Source: Dendrobates tinctorius
Lineage: Eukaryota
Length of the DNA stretch: 64,000 bases
Direction of reading: 5' to 3'
Assembly: GCF_039654945.1 (NCBI RefSeq)
Contig: NW_027361869.1
Coordinates: 1,364,001 to 1,428,000, forward strand
Both the position numbers and the translations under genes were made by a program. A model generated the notes under the pieces. That model was not told where the DNA came from. It made no database searches and saw only the letters and a program-made list of their open reading frames with translations. Every line of letters begins with the position of its first letter. Positions within the stretch are counted from its first letter, which is position 1. Positions 43,470-55,893 of this stretch are shown one piece after another.

Positions 43470-43930
43470 TTAAAAGGGTTATTCCCATCTTTATAGATGT
43501 GATATTGTCAGAGCTTGTAAATACTAGCACTTTTGCAATTTACTGCTGGTTAAAATTTGCACCCGTTCTTGAGATATTAACACTTATTTTGTTGACCGCT
43601 TGTTGCCTTGGAGACCGACCACCGCTGCTGTCTAACGTGTAAGCACTGTGCTAAATCTGACTGGGATTAAAAAGGTAACAGCGCGCTCCTTTAATCCTGG
43701 ACAGCTTCCAAGCAGAGTGCTTTCAAGCTCAATAGATAAGAGCTTGTAAGCACTGTGCATCTTCTACCGTCTAGCAGCGGTGGTCGGTCTGCCAGGCAAC
43801 AAACCGTAACACTTCTTTTGTTTACAATCTCAAGAACGGCTGAAAATTTTAACAAGCAGTAAATTGTAAAAGTGCTTCTTTTTACATGCTGTATCCGACA
43901 ATACCCATTTGTGAAGATGGGAAGGACCAA
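43470..43930. mobile_element. Kolobok/T2-type palindromic MITE
   Basis: Ends ttaaaagggttattcccatct / agatgggaagg; long imperfect internal inverted repeat (43530-43650 vs 43750-43875). Confidence 0.65.
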
Positions 43931-45104
43931 TTCACTTTATACAATCCCTTTTGTTTAAAAATATCCCTCAACAACAAACTGATCACAGGATATCCTTCTA
44001 CTGGAATTCTCAGAAATCAACGATAATCTGTGAGGTAAACTATCAAGTGTACAATTAATCTGCAGTGCCCCCACAGGAGAAATGAGGTATTACATAGATT
44101 GGAAATGATGGGTCCTCCAGTGTCAATCTCCACTCTATTAATAGAGAGCAGGGCCCCTATTAATTCAGAATTCGCTAACCTTTTCTTATAAGGACTGGCT
44201 AAAGTGTTCTTTTTTAACATTGTGGTACATATTAAACAATTTATTGGTTTTGGAAATGTAAACCATTATAAGCGATTTATATTTTTTCTTTTCTTTTTAT
44301 ATATAAAATGCCAAATATGTTACAGCTTTTCCTTATACTATCTCCGTTAAGTATGTTGTATTTTTTTATGTCCAATGAAAAATTATAGATACTTTATTTT
44401 TATTTTTGATTGGTAAAAATAAATTAAAATTCCACTTTCAATCCATCATCCATCAATGAATAAGTAGAACTGAGAAAAAAATATTTGCAGGTCTCGGATA
44501 TCACAAGCGGTGCCCAAAATGACAGCATTCGAGGTCTGAACAAGGAAGCCCTGGTCCGGCGGTCAAGTGGTACCAAAGTGCACACCACACTAGGGTCCTG
44601 CAAATCTTTCTGGTCAACTCTAATCTACTGGGATCTTGCATTAAGTTGAGCTCTTTATTTAAATGTACAGGATCCAGTGACAAATATTTATAAAATCTAA
44701 TAACTAATGATTATACTGTATAAATCAAAAATTAATGTTAGTGCATTACCACAAGTGGCCACAGGAGGGAGCCCCACACATGAAAAAAAAAACTAAGTTC
44801 TAATTGGACAATTTTTTTTTATTCATAAATACAGTATATTAAAATTTGATTTTTTTTAATTTATATTTTATGCTTTTCTTCCTAAACTAATTTGGAATTT
44901 AGGCGCTGATCATTGAATAAAAATTGATTTTTGCAGAAAAAAAAAAAATGATAAGTCTTGAAAAAAAAAGTATTGAAAGGAGCCAATCAGGTGAGATTTT
45001 ATATATTTTTTTAATATAGATATCCAATACACTGCACGTATATATATAAAAAAAAAAAAAAAAATCAATGTGAAGTTTTAAGCCTGATATTTTGCTGCTT
45101 TGGG

Positions 45105-45152
45105 TCACATCTTCCGGAAGATCAGACACTTGTTATTTGCCGGCATGTCCAC
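45105..45152 (-). CDS. METTL26: Methyltransferase-like 26, exon 6
   Basis: ag|VDMPANNKCLIFRKM*; 48 nt. Confidence 0.95.
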   Translation of the reverse strand: MDMPANNKCLIFRKM

Positions 45153-45695
45153 CTGCAACACAACGTAAGAGTCGGAGATCAGTGGCACAAAGGTTGGTCA
45201 CGTGACGGGAGGCGGCATTGGTTAATGGTTGGTATGCGGGGGTTAAAGGGCGTTCTGCAGACATTAATGCTATTGTGTCTGTCAGGGCGACGTTGTCATA
45301 CACACGGCTACCCTGCAGACCATTCACCTTCATTTGCTGGCAACAATCAGGGTTCAGTCTATTCTCAGGGTGTTAATGCAGGACACAGACAGGTATTTTC
45401 TATTTCTAAACCTTCCTTTTTTTTCTGGACAATCCCTTTAATAATCTTATTATATCCATAAGGCTATAATGGACTTAATGAGGGACCTTTAAAGGAATTG
45501 TCCACAATCAGACATTAGTTTTGCTTCCCCTCATCAACATCGCCTCTCTTGTTCACAGGCGGTACATGGTATTGCAGCTAAAGCGCATACAATATATAAA
45601 AAAAAGCGGCAAAGTATACACGTGAATGGGGGAATTTGTGGGGAATCGTTGCTGCCTTAATGGTTGGTGTATGGCCATTTTAAGAAGTCCCTTAC

Positions 45696-45774
45696 CATTC
45701 TCTCCAGCGCCATCCCACACGTCTTTGCCAGCTCGCGCAGATCTGATGTATCCCAGATTCCCCAGGCTGGATTG
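45696..45774 (-). CDS. METTL26: METTL26 exon 5
   Basis: ag|(S)NPAWGIWDTSDLRELAKTCGMALERM|gtaagg; 79 nt. Confidence 0.93.
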
Positions 45775-45847
45775 CTGAAAAATAATAGGTTATGTCAGAA
45801 AGTCATATACAACAGAGCAGATTAAAGGGATTCTCAGGGAGCAGATA

Positions 45848-46753
45848 CACTACATAGACATGAGTTTTGGGACACGTGTTTAAATCACTGAATTCAAGTT
45901 TTGTCAAACTCAAATTGCAGAGCGGGGGTCACCAAGTACTGAGGAGCAGAGAGCAGAAAAAGTCACCAATGCTCTGCTGACCCCATAACTGCAGAGTCCA
46001 GACCTCCTCTGGTATAACATCAGCACAAACACTGCGCCCCGCCGGGAGCTTCATGGCTGAGCAGCTGCATGCAGCCGTACATCACCAAGCACAATGCTGA
46101 GCGTCGGATGGAGTGGTGTAAAGCCGCCACCACTGGACTCTGGAGGAGACATGCTCTGTGCAGTGACGGATCGCACTTCTCTATCTGCGCGTGATGGAGG
46201 AGTCTGGGTTTTGGTGATTCCAGGAGAATGTTACCCCCTGACTGCATTGTGCTCTCTGTACAGATGGTGGAGGAGGATAATACTATGGGCTGTTATCAGG
46301 GGGCGGCCTCAGCCTCTTAATTTCAGGGAAGGAAAAACAATCTTCAGCACAAGACATTGTGGACAATTGTAGCTTTCGTCTTTGTGGGAACAGTTTGGGG
46401 AAGACCCTTTTCTGTTCCCCATGACTGTGCCCAGTGCACAGATTTGAAGGGGAGTTTAGTGACCGGCCGCACACAGCCCGGACCTCAACCCCGTCCAACA
46501 TTAATAAAAGACATTATGAGCCCGGCGTCTCCCCATCAGCAGTATTTGACCTCACAAATGCTCTTCTGGATGAAGGGGCAAATATTCTCATGATGCCCCC
46601 AAAATCTTGTAGAATTCCCTCCCTCGAAAGCGGGAGCCGTTATATCTGCAGAGGGGCCGACTCCATATTAATGTCTATGGGTTTAGGATGGAAGGTCAGG
46701 AAAGCTCCTGGAGGTGTAATGTGGAGGGGGCACATACTTTTCTCCATAGAGTA
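45848..46753 (+). mobile_element. Old, heavily decayed Tc1-like element
   Basis: TIR-like ends cactacatagaca..tttgggacac / catacttttctccatagagta; relic peptides MEWCKA and SPDLNP-like. Confidence 0.7.
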
Positions 46754-46989
46754 TAACATTTCAGCCTGCGATATGGGAATGGCATGAATGCTGCCAGCTG
46801 CTTTTTCTTCCTCTGCTGTAATCACAGTGCCAATGTGACTCATGTGGCACAGATTGTCAAGTAACAGGACCCTGGCAGCCATCACACGGCAAAAGTGGCC
46901 ATAATCCGAGCTGTAGATAGTCAGGAACGCTGGGAATTACTGAAACCAATTTTTTCTTTAATCTGACATAATATGGTAATCAGAATATA

Positions 46990-48210
46990 CACTCACTGGC
47001 CACTTTATTAGGTACACCTGTCCAACTGTGTGTTAAGACTTAATTTCTAATCAGCCAATCACATGGCGGCAACTCAGTGCATTTAGGCATGTAGACATGG
47101 TCAAGACAATCTCCTGCAGTTCAAACCGAGCATCAGTATGGGGAAGAAAGGTGATTTGAGTGCCTTTGAACGTGGCATGATTGTTGGTGCCAGAAGGGCT
47201 GGTCTGAGTATTTCAGAAACTGCTGATCTACTGGGATTTTCACGCACAACCATCTCTAGGGTTTACAGAGAATGGTCCGAAAAAGAAAAAAAATCCAGTG
47301 AGCGGCAGTTCTGTGGCCGGAAATGCCTTGTTGATGCCAGAGGTCAGAGGAGAATGGGCAGACTGGTTCGAGCTGATAGAAAGGCAACAGTGACTCAAAT
47401 TGCCACCCGTTACAACCAAGGTAGGCAGAAGAGCATCTCTGAACGCACAGTGCGTCGAACTTTGAGGCAGATGGGCTACAGCAGCAGAAGACCACACTGG
47501 GTACCACTCCTCTCAGCTAAGAACAGGAAACTGAGGCTACAATTTGCCCAAGCTCATCGAAATTGGACAGTAGAAGATTGGAAAAACGTTGCCTGGTCTG
47601 ATGAGTCTCGATTTCTGCTGCGACATTCGGATGGTAGGGTCAGAATTTGGCGTAAACAACATGAAAGCATGGATCCATCCTGCCTTGTATCAACGGTTCA
47701 GGCTGGTGGTGGTGGTGTCATGGTGTGGGGAATTTTTTCTGGGCACTCTTTGGGCCCCTTGGTACCAATTGAGCATCGTTGCAACGCCACAGCCTACCTG
47801 AGTATTGTTGCTGACCATGTCCATCCCTTTATGACCACAATGTACCCAACATCTGATGGCTACTTTCAGCAGGATAATGCGCCATGTCATAAAGCTCGAA
47901 TCATCTCAGATTGGTTTCTTGAACATGACAATGAGTTTACTGTACTCAAATGGCCTCCTCAGTCACCAGATCTCAATCCAATAGAGCATCTTTGGGATGT
48001 GGTGGAACGGGAGATTCGCATCAGGGATGTGCAGCCGACAAATCTGCGCCAACTGTGTGATGCCATCATGTCAATATGGTCCAAAATCTCTGAGGAATGC
48101 TTCCAGCACCTTGTTGAATCTCTGCCACGAAGAATTGAGGCAGTTCTGAAGGCAAAAGGGGGTCCAACCCGTTACTAGCATGGTGTACCTAATAAAGTGG
48201 CCAGTGAGTG
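46990..48210 (+). mobile_element. Intact DD36E Tc1/mariner element (Incomer-type), 1221 bp
   Basis: Perfect 29-bp TIR cactcactggccactttattaggtacacc; TA TSD on both sides. Confidence 0.95.
47138..48178 (+). CDS. Intact DD36E transposase, 346 aa
   Basis: WSDESRF; QDNAPCH...SPDLNPIE with 36 residues between D and E; no disablements. Confidence 0.93.
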   Translation: MGKKGDLSAFERGMIVGARRAGLSISETADLLGFSRTTISRVYREWSEKEKKSSERQFCGRKCLVDARGQRRMGRLVRADRKATVTQIATRYNQGRQKSISERTVRRTLRQMGYSSRRPHWVPLLSAKNRKLRLQFAQAHRNWTVEDWKNVAWSDESRFLLRHSDGRVRIWRKQHESMDPSCLVSTVQAGGGGVMVWGIFSGHSLGPLVPIEHRCNATAYLSIVADHVHPFMTTMYPTSDGYFQQDNAPCHKARIISDWFLEHDNEFTVLKWPPQSPDLNPIEHLWDVVEREIRIRDVQPTNLRQLCDAIMSIWSKISEECFQHLVESLPRRIEAVLKAKGGPTRY

Positions 48211-48218
48211 TATATACA

Positions 48219-49840
48219 CAATACAGACCAAAAGTTTGGACACACCTTCTCATTCAAAGAGTTTTCTTTATTTTCATGACTGAAAATTGTAGATTCACTC
48301 TGAAGGCATCAAAACTATGAATTACCACATGTGGAATTATATAATTAATAAAAAAGTGTGAAACAACTGAAAATATGTCTTATATTCTAGGTTCTTCAAA
48401 GTAGCCACCTTTTGCTTTGATTACTGCCTTGCACACTCTTGGCATTCTCTTGAGCTTCAAGAGGTAGTCACCAGAAATGTCTTCCAACAGTCTTGAAGGA
48501 GTTCCCAGAGATGCTTAGCACTTGTTGGCCCTTTTGCCTTCACTCTGCGGTCCAGCTCACCCCAAACCATCTCGATTGGGTTCAGGTCTGGTGACTGTGG
48601 AGGCCAGGTCATCTGGTGTAGCACCCCATCCCTCTCCTTCTTGGTCAAATAGCCCTTACACAGCCTGGAGGTGTTTGGGGTCATTGTCCTGTTGAAAAAT
48701 AAATGATGGTCCAACTAAACATAAACCGGATGGAATAGCATGCCGCTGCAAGATGCTGTGGTAGCCATGCTGGTTCAGTATGCCTTCAATTTTGAATAAA
48801 TCCCCAACAGTGTCACCAGCAAAGCACCCCCACACCATCTCACCTCCTCCTCCATGCTTCACGGTGGGAACCAGGCATGTAGAGTCCATCCGTTCACCTT
48901 TTCTGCATCGCACAAAGACACGGTGGTTGGAACCAAAGATCTCAAATTTGGACTCATCAGACCAAAGCACAGATTTCCACTGGTCTAATGTCCATTCCTT
49001 GTGTTCTTTAGCCCAAACAAGTCTCTTCTGCTTGTTGCCTGTCCTTAGCAGTGGTTTCCTAGCAGCTATTTTACCATGAAGGCCTGCTGCACAAAGTCTC
49101 CTCTTAACAGTTGTTGTAGAGATGTGTCTGCTGCTAGAACTCTGTGTGGCATTGACCTGGTCTCTAATCTGAGCTGCTGTTAACCTGCGATTTCTGAGGC
49201 TGGTGACTTGGATGAACTTATCCTCCGCAGCAGAGGTGACTCTTGGTCTTCCTTTCCTGGGGTGGTCCTCAAGTGAACCAGTTTCTTTGTAGCGCTTGAT
49301 GGTTTTTGCCACTGCACTTGGGGACACTTTCAAAGTTTTCCCAATTTTTCAGACTAACTGACCTTCATTTCTTAAAGTAATGATGGCCACTCGTTTTTCT
49401 TTACTCAGAATTTGTATTATGGAAAGAAAAAAAGCAGCTAACAGTCTATTCAGTAGGACTATCAGCTGTGTATCCACCAGACTTCTGCACAACACAACTG
49501 ATGGTCCCAACCCCATTTATAAGGCAAGAAATCCCACTTATTAAACCTGACAGGGCACACCTGAGAAGGGAAAACCATTTCCGGTGACTACCTATTGAAG
49601 CTCATCAAGAGAATGCCAAGAGAGTGCAAAGCAGTAATCAAAGCAAAAGGTGGCTACTTTGAAGAACCTAGAATATAAGACATATTTTCAGTTGTTTCAC
49701 ACTTTTTTGTTAATTACATAATCCACATGTGTTAATTCATAGTTTTGATGCCTTCAGAGTGAATCTACAATTTTCATAGTCATGAAAATAAAGAAAACTC
49801 TTTGAATGAGAAGGTGTGTCCAAACTTCTGGTCTGTACTG
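48219..49840 (-). mobile_element. Full-length, frameshifted Tc1-like element (family D, long TIRs)
   Basis: TIR ca(g/a)tacagaccaaaagtttggacacacc, ~200 bp; ORFs 48656-49333 (GRPR, WSDESKF, QDNDPKH) and 48457-48714 (SPDLNPIE). Confidence 0.93.
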
Positions 49841-49991
49841 TATAATATAATGAAAAAATTGGAACAGCACCAAACACTACCTCTATTGGTGTGCACAGCT
49901 TCTCCAACCATCAATCTAGTGGCTCGTTGCAATAAATTAAAAGCAGCTGAAAACCATAAAAAAATTGGACTTTATTGCCCCATGGGGTGGC

Positions 49992-50051
49992 GACATTTCG
50001 GATATAGTATCCTATCTCAAGCTTGAGAAAGGATACTATATCAGAAACGTC
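49992..50051. repeat. 60-bp palindrome of two head-to-head hammerhead-like motifs (Penelope-like remnant)
   Basis: The arms gacatttcggatatagtatcctatctcaag / cttgagaaaggatactatatcagaaacgtc are 27/30 complementary. Confidence 0.75.
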
Positions 50052-50282
50052 ACGACGCCTGCTTTTACATACAGGGCATCCACACAGGACAGAAGGAATA
50101 TATTCATAGGGATCTCAAAGCCCTGGCTCATGGGCGCCCCCTGCAGAAACAAATATCAGCATTACCTATGGAGAATCCCCTTTAATTGTAAACATGGGAC
50201 AGATATCGAGTATGGCACGTCGGGTAACAGAGAAGACACAGCTGAAATGTGGAGACAGCAGAGTTTATATTATATGTAATAC

Positions 50283-50350
50283 CTGTTTTTCAGACTCTGG
50301 TTAAAATCAATATTACTTTGCGGAGTGAGGACGCCATTGACAGAGTACGG
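50283..50350 (-). CDS. METTL26: METTL26 exon 4
   Basis: ag|PYSVNGVLTPQSNIDFNQSLKN(S)|gtatta; 68 nt. Confidence 0.94.
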
Positions 50351-50723
50351 CTGGGGAGAAAACGGACAATCATTAGTGAACGCAGGGATGTCAATGACTG
50401 CTAGACATAGATTGTACAATATATCCCCCCTCAGCTCCCATTCACTTCAATAGGAGGTGAGATGCAGTACCAGAGAACGGCCACTACACAGTGTATGGAG
50501 CTGTGGTGCTCCGGCTCTGCACATTGGCAACTACCAGCAGCCGCAGACTAGGTAACAGCTGATAGTGTAGGTGGTGACTGTCGGATCCCCACTGATCTGG
50601 TATCACTGAGCTTTCCTGGGAATAAATCATCAATATCAAACTTCCTGGACAATCTCTTTAAGAAAGGGAATGTACGAATCTATAAAGTATACTACATCAC
50701 GTAACACTGCAGACCAGTCTTAC

Positions 50724-50783
50724 CCCATAGGTCAGGAGAACACCGCCAGGTTCTAGCACATGTCCGGCCCCATAAAACAGACC
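50724..50783 (-). CDS. METTL26: METTL26 exon 3
   Basis: ag|GLFYGAGHVLEPGGVLLTYG|gtaaga; 60 nt. Confidence 0.94.
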
Positions 50784-52082
50784 CTGTTGTAAAAAAAACC
50801 AAAACATAAAAACAAAGTCGGCAGCACATCATAAATAAGTGTAAACGTATGATATGATCATTTTGTGATTTTCGACTGTTGATCCCATTCTTCAACTACT
50901 CACAAAAATCCTCTCGGCCGCCAGTGTCTGCAAAGCGCCACTTTTATAGCAAGTGACAAATATGTATTTTAGTATTCAAAGCATTGCAATCCTTTGATAG
51001 GGATGTTTTTTTTTGCAAGCACTATGCTTACTATCCAGCATCCATAAATTTTAGTGACTGCCTAATAAAAGGCGTGCCCCCCCCAACTGTCCCGGATCCA
51101 GCCGGACAGTCTCAGAGTTGGAGAGCTGTCTGACTGTCCCGCAAGATCAGCAACACAACCCTCTTTCAATTTTATCTGTCTCTTTCGGATAGTAGAGTGG
51201 GGAGGACCAGCTCCCCTCTCCACTAGTCATCGGTGCCCTCTGAGGCTCCCACTACATCATGCCTGTTGTAACAGGTCACACACAGCACGGAGGGGAGATC
51301 GGCTCCACTCATCATTGGAACGGGGTTAGAGGAGTACCTTTTTTTTTAATAATATTTGCTTGTGTGGTGGAGTGGAGCGACATCATACTGGGGGTGAAAA
51401 GTGCACTGCAGGAATCATACTGTATGTCGCGAGCATCATATTCTTTGTCGGGTGAAGGGGCACTGGGAGCATCACACTCTTCGTTGGGTGGGGGGCACTG
51501 GGAGATTCAATTTCTTTGCTGGGTTGGGGGGACACTGGGAGCATCATACTGTTCATAGAGTATCAGGGAACTGGGAGAATCACGTGCTTCATCGGGTGGG
51601 GGGGGGACCATACTCTTCAAGTGGGGGTGAACTGAAGGCATTATAACATGTGTGGGGAGTAGAGTGGCAGTATCTTAATGTGGGGGTTATACGCTGTGTA
51701 TGAGATTACCAGCACTTGAGCCCCCTGCGTTACATAGTTGGAAAAAGCTCCCAATATCCAGCGACTTACCCACATTTGATGCCAGCCATGAATTTCCCCT
51801 GTGCCAGCCGTTAGAACTGGTGACGTGTTTCTATTATGCTTTTCCTCTTACAAATACAGAGGTAAAATACTGCACATGGCCTTACATGTAATATATGAAT
51901 GGCTCAAACCCCCAGAACAATGAATGGACAGATGAATCAGAAAACAACTAATTCCTAGATATAGATGTTATTTTTTTTTTTGTGGAACAGTAATGGGGTC
52001 CACATACAGGCCACAATGTAACAGCAGATCTGAACCCCACAGCTCTCTACAAAGGGTAATAGAGATGAAATAAAGCGGTAAC

Positions 52083-52242
52083 CTGAGTACAGCTGGGCTC
52101 CGATATATGGATCATATTGATGCAGACAACCAATTGCAGTGAATTTGGCTCCAGGCCCCATGTCTCCCAGCTCCGGGAGGCATCCAGGGTGCGGGGTTGC
52201 TCCACATTTGTAAGGGACCATCTGGAGATGTATTCACTTATA
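52083..52242 (-). CDS. METTL26: METTL26 exon 2
   Basis: ag|(S)ISEYISRWSLTNVEQPRTLDASRSWETWGLEPNSLQLVVCINMIHISEPSCTQ|gttacc; 160 nt. Confidence 0.92.
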
Positions 52243-52645
52243 CTGGAGAAACAAAAACAATCCTGGTTATAGTTTTATAAAATGATGTCACTTCCTCTGT
52301 AGACTCAAACTACAATGTTGGCTTTGTTAGCAACAATGGACGCCGAGAAAACAGCTTTTTTTTTTTTTTTTTTTTTTACTAGTTCCTTTGGGGGTTACTT
52401 TTAAGTTACCAGCATAGCTATGTCGTTATTAACGGGTTAATGTATAGGGGGTTTTAACCTATTGGGCAAGCGGTGTAAAGAACTAGTGCAGCTTGGCAAC
52501 CAATCAGAATCCGCGTCATATTTCACAGATGCCACTGAGAAAGTAAAAGCCGCCTTCTGATTGGTTAGCTCAGGGCTTCACTCCTCGGCAGACCTGTGTG
52601 CAGGGTTCATTTCAGTCACATGACCTGCGCCGGTCACATGACTCA

Positions 52646-52873
<228 letters not shown>

Positions 52874-52895
52874 TCAGTCTGACCCAGGATGTGTG

Positions 52896-52923
52896 GGGGC
52901 GGAACTACAACTCCCAGAATCCC
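52896..52923. promoter_or_regulatory. METTL26 proximal promoter: GC box plus ZNF143/Staf (SBS) motif
   Basis: GGGGCGG followed by ACTACAACTCCCAGAATCCC, ~60 bp upstream of the ATG. Confidence 0.7.
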
Positions 52924-53474
52924 TCAGTGATTTCACGACAAATTACGGCTTTTTAAAGGGACAGTGCACATGTTGGTTCATGTCCCATTTTTAGTTTCTT
53001 TTGAAGGGGTGATGTCTGAGAGGAGTTGTTGTTTTGAACTTTTATTTCTCTTAAAAAAGTTTTTACAAAATTTTTGACACTCCTGGGAAGCAGAGGCTGA
53101 TGGAATTCTTTCAAAGTTTTTTTAAGTGATTTTTCAGGGTTTTCTTTTTACGGATCCCCTACAAAAAATACAAAACTCTGTTTTGTTTTTTTCTGAGCTT
53201 TTGGAGCATAAACTTGCCGAAAAAGCACAAGGGGTTAAAAAAACAACAAATAAGTAGTTTTAAGTAGAGAGTTGGGGAATGTGCAGACTGTGAGTGTTTT
53301 TGCTGCGTTTTTGGAGCAAGAACTGGGTGAAAACGCAAAGAGATTTTTTAGGATTTGGGAAAGGTTTTTTTTCCAGCTCATTTTCTTCTCCAAAAACTAA
53401 AGCAGACTCACTGTGTGCATACACTTAGGCCACATTCACACCTTCAGTATTTTACATCAGTCTTTTATTTTCAA

Positions 53475-55233
53475 CAAGCTGAAGAGCCCAGCGTTGCCCG
53501 TTCATAGTAACTAACTGCCAGACACTCTCTCCCTCCACAGCCCCACTCTCCACTGGCCATCCTGCTTTCTCCCTCTGAAGCTCAGCATTCCACCCACCGT
53601 CCTGCATTGTCCCTCCGCAGCCTCGCTCTCCGTGCACCGTCCTGCTTTCTCCCTCCGAAGCTCAGCATTCCACCCACCGTCCTGCATTGTCCCTCCGCAG
53701 TCTCGCTCTCCGTGCACCGTCCTGCTTTCTCCCTCCGAAGCTCAGCATTCCACCCACTGTCCTGCATTGTCCCTCCGCAGCATTGCTCTCCATGCACCGT
53801 CCTGCTCTCTCCCTCTGCAGCCCCTGTGTTAGGTTCCTGTTGCTGCACAGCAGGAATCCCGAGCCTTGCTGTTTGCAGTCTCCCATTCCTCTCCGGCTGC
53901 AGAGGAGCCTGCTCAGCAAAGACATCGTTCCCAGCGTCTTGCTCAGTCTACTGCTGTTGGCTTCGTTATTGCTGCCAATCGGGGTTCAGCTATAGTAACC
54001 TGCAATAGCCAGCAGCGAGCAGCTCTTGGGACCAAGTCCTTCTTTCAGCCCACTGAGCATGCCAGTGGGAAATCCTCTCATTGGAGGTCTGAGGTCACAT
54101 GCTCGGGTCCTATTGCTGCTCCCATTGGAACACTAGTAAGGTCCCAGAAGGACGCTGATATAAAAGGATCACATGGCCGCTCGACCATGCGTTAGTATAG
54201 ACTCTTGTGTCTTATGGTGTGTATGATGACGGATGCTTGTCACCGCGAATGACTCATTATGAAACCCCTACCCTTGGTTCTGTATGTTGGTAGGGTCAAG
54301 TGGTTAGAGTCAGCACCTGTCAGTGGCTAGGCTTACGCCACAGTGCATCTCAGTCCTCTGCACTTGCTAGTGTCCGACTGTGCCTCTCTGCTCAGGGCAC
54401 TGTCGTACCGTGCCAGGTAGCAGTAGCCGCCAGTGCGGCACCGTGTGCAACTCTAGTGCTTTCCTCCCCACTCTGGGTGGTCAGTGGTGTCCGCCAGAGT
54501 GGTGCAGTGCACACTGGTGTGTTATCTCTCGTTTGGTCTCTTGCTGGCTCCACTGCAGCAGCGCCGAGCGCTAGCGGTCTAGAGGGACTCCAGTCCTGCG
54601 GTCTAAGGGCCGAGTCCTGTGACCTTACACTATGTGCTTCCTCTGCCGAGTCCTGTGGGGTTAAGGCCTCTTTTACACTTAATTTTTTTTTCATCAGTTA
54701 AAATCCGCCAAAATGGCGGAAAGCGGATCCGTTGTCAACTGAAGTGAACGGATGTCAGCGGTCCGGTTTTTTGATGGATCCGTTGGCTGAAGGATTTTAA
54801 AGGAACCACAGTCCGGGGACGAGAGAGAGAGTCCTGCTCTCTCTCTTAACAGCCCTGCTCTCCACCTGCCATTATGCTCTCTCCTTCCACAGCCTCACTC
54901 TCCACCCTCCATCTCGCTCTCTCCCTCTGCAGCCCTGCTCTCCATGCACCGTCCCGTTCTATCCCTCCGCAGTCCTGCTCTCCATCTGTGTCCCACTCTC
55001 TCCCTCCACAGCCCCGCTCTCTCCCTCCACAGCCCTGCTCTCCACACGCTGTCCCACTATATCCTTCCGCAGCCCCGCTCTCCATCCGTGTCCCGCTCTC
55101 TCGCAGCTCCGCTCTCCACCCTCGTCCTGCACTTTCCCTCTGCAACTCCAGCTGCCAGTGGGCGGGGCTATGTGGAGTGGGCTTGGCTTGATACATACAC
55201 ACACACACAAAAACTCAGCTTTATATATATAGA
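53475..55233 (-). mobile_element. Non-autonomous Helitron with internal minisatellites
   Basis: The minus strand starts A|TCTATATATATAAAG and ends cgggcaacgctgggctcttcagCTTG|T (hairpin-like plus CTAG-like end, A/T target). 80-bp tandem units at 53560-53825. Confidence 0.75.
53827..54851. mobile_element. Solo-LTR-like insertion inside the Helitron
   Basis: TGTTAG...TTAACA termini; imperfect 6-bp TSD cccctg/gccctg; TATA-like gatataaaag near 54157; MITE fragment nested at ~54663-54790. Confidence 0.55.
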
Positions 55234-55433
55234 TAGATGAGGCCTTGATAACCTTTTGATGGAACAAAAGAAGTGACTTGTTCCTTGTGGAATCTGCTCC
55301 CAACTTGACACCTCCAGTTAAAAAGCTGCAAAACCCTGTAGGGGAAAAATGGCTTCAAAACCGCTTTTCCTTAGTAGATTTGTGATTTGCTTGGCTCCAG
55401 TCTGCCATGTCCGAGGGTTTTTACAGACTATAA

Positions 55434-55893
55434 AGTCCCCGTCACACACAGCGATCTCGCTAGCGAGATCTCTGTGTGTGACACCAGCGACCGGCCCCCC
55501 TGCCGGTTATCGCTGATCGTCCTGGAATGGCCTGGACATTTTTTTGATCGCTGGTCTCCCACTGGCCAGCACGCATCGCTGCGTGTGACAGGCGGGAGAC
55601 CAGCGAGCTGGAGCTGGTAACCAAGGTAAACATCAGGTTTCTAAGCACCGCGCTTAGAAACCCGATGTGTACCTTGGTTACCACCTCCCTGCACCAGCAT
55701 GCTGGTAACTAAGGTACACAGTGGGTAACTAAGCAACGTGCGTCGCTTGTTACCCGCGTGTCGCTGGTGCTGATCGCTGGTGAAGCTGCCTGTTTGACAG
55801 CTCACCAGCGATCATGTAGCGACACACCAGCGATTCTGACAAGATAATATCGTTGTTGGGATCGCTGGTGCGTCGCTATGTGTGACGGGGCCC
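55434..55893. mobile_element. Harbinger-type MITE (same family as 26022-26457)
   Basis: TIRs agtccccgtcacaca / tgtgtgacggggccc; TAA TSD. Confidence 0.85.

Noticed and set aside
53452-55303. Multiple overlapping repetitive ORFs
   Set aside because: They arise from the low-complexity minisatellites of the Helitron.
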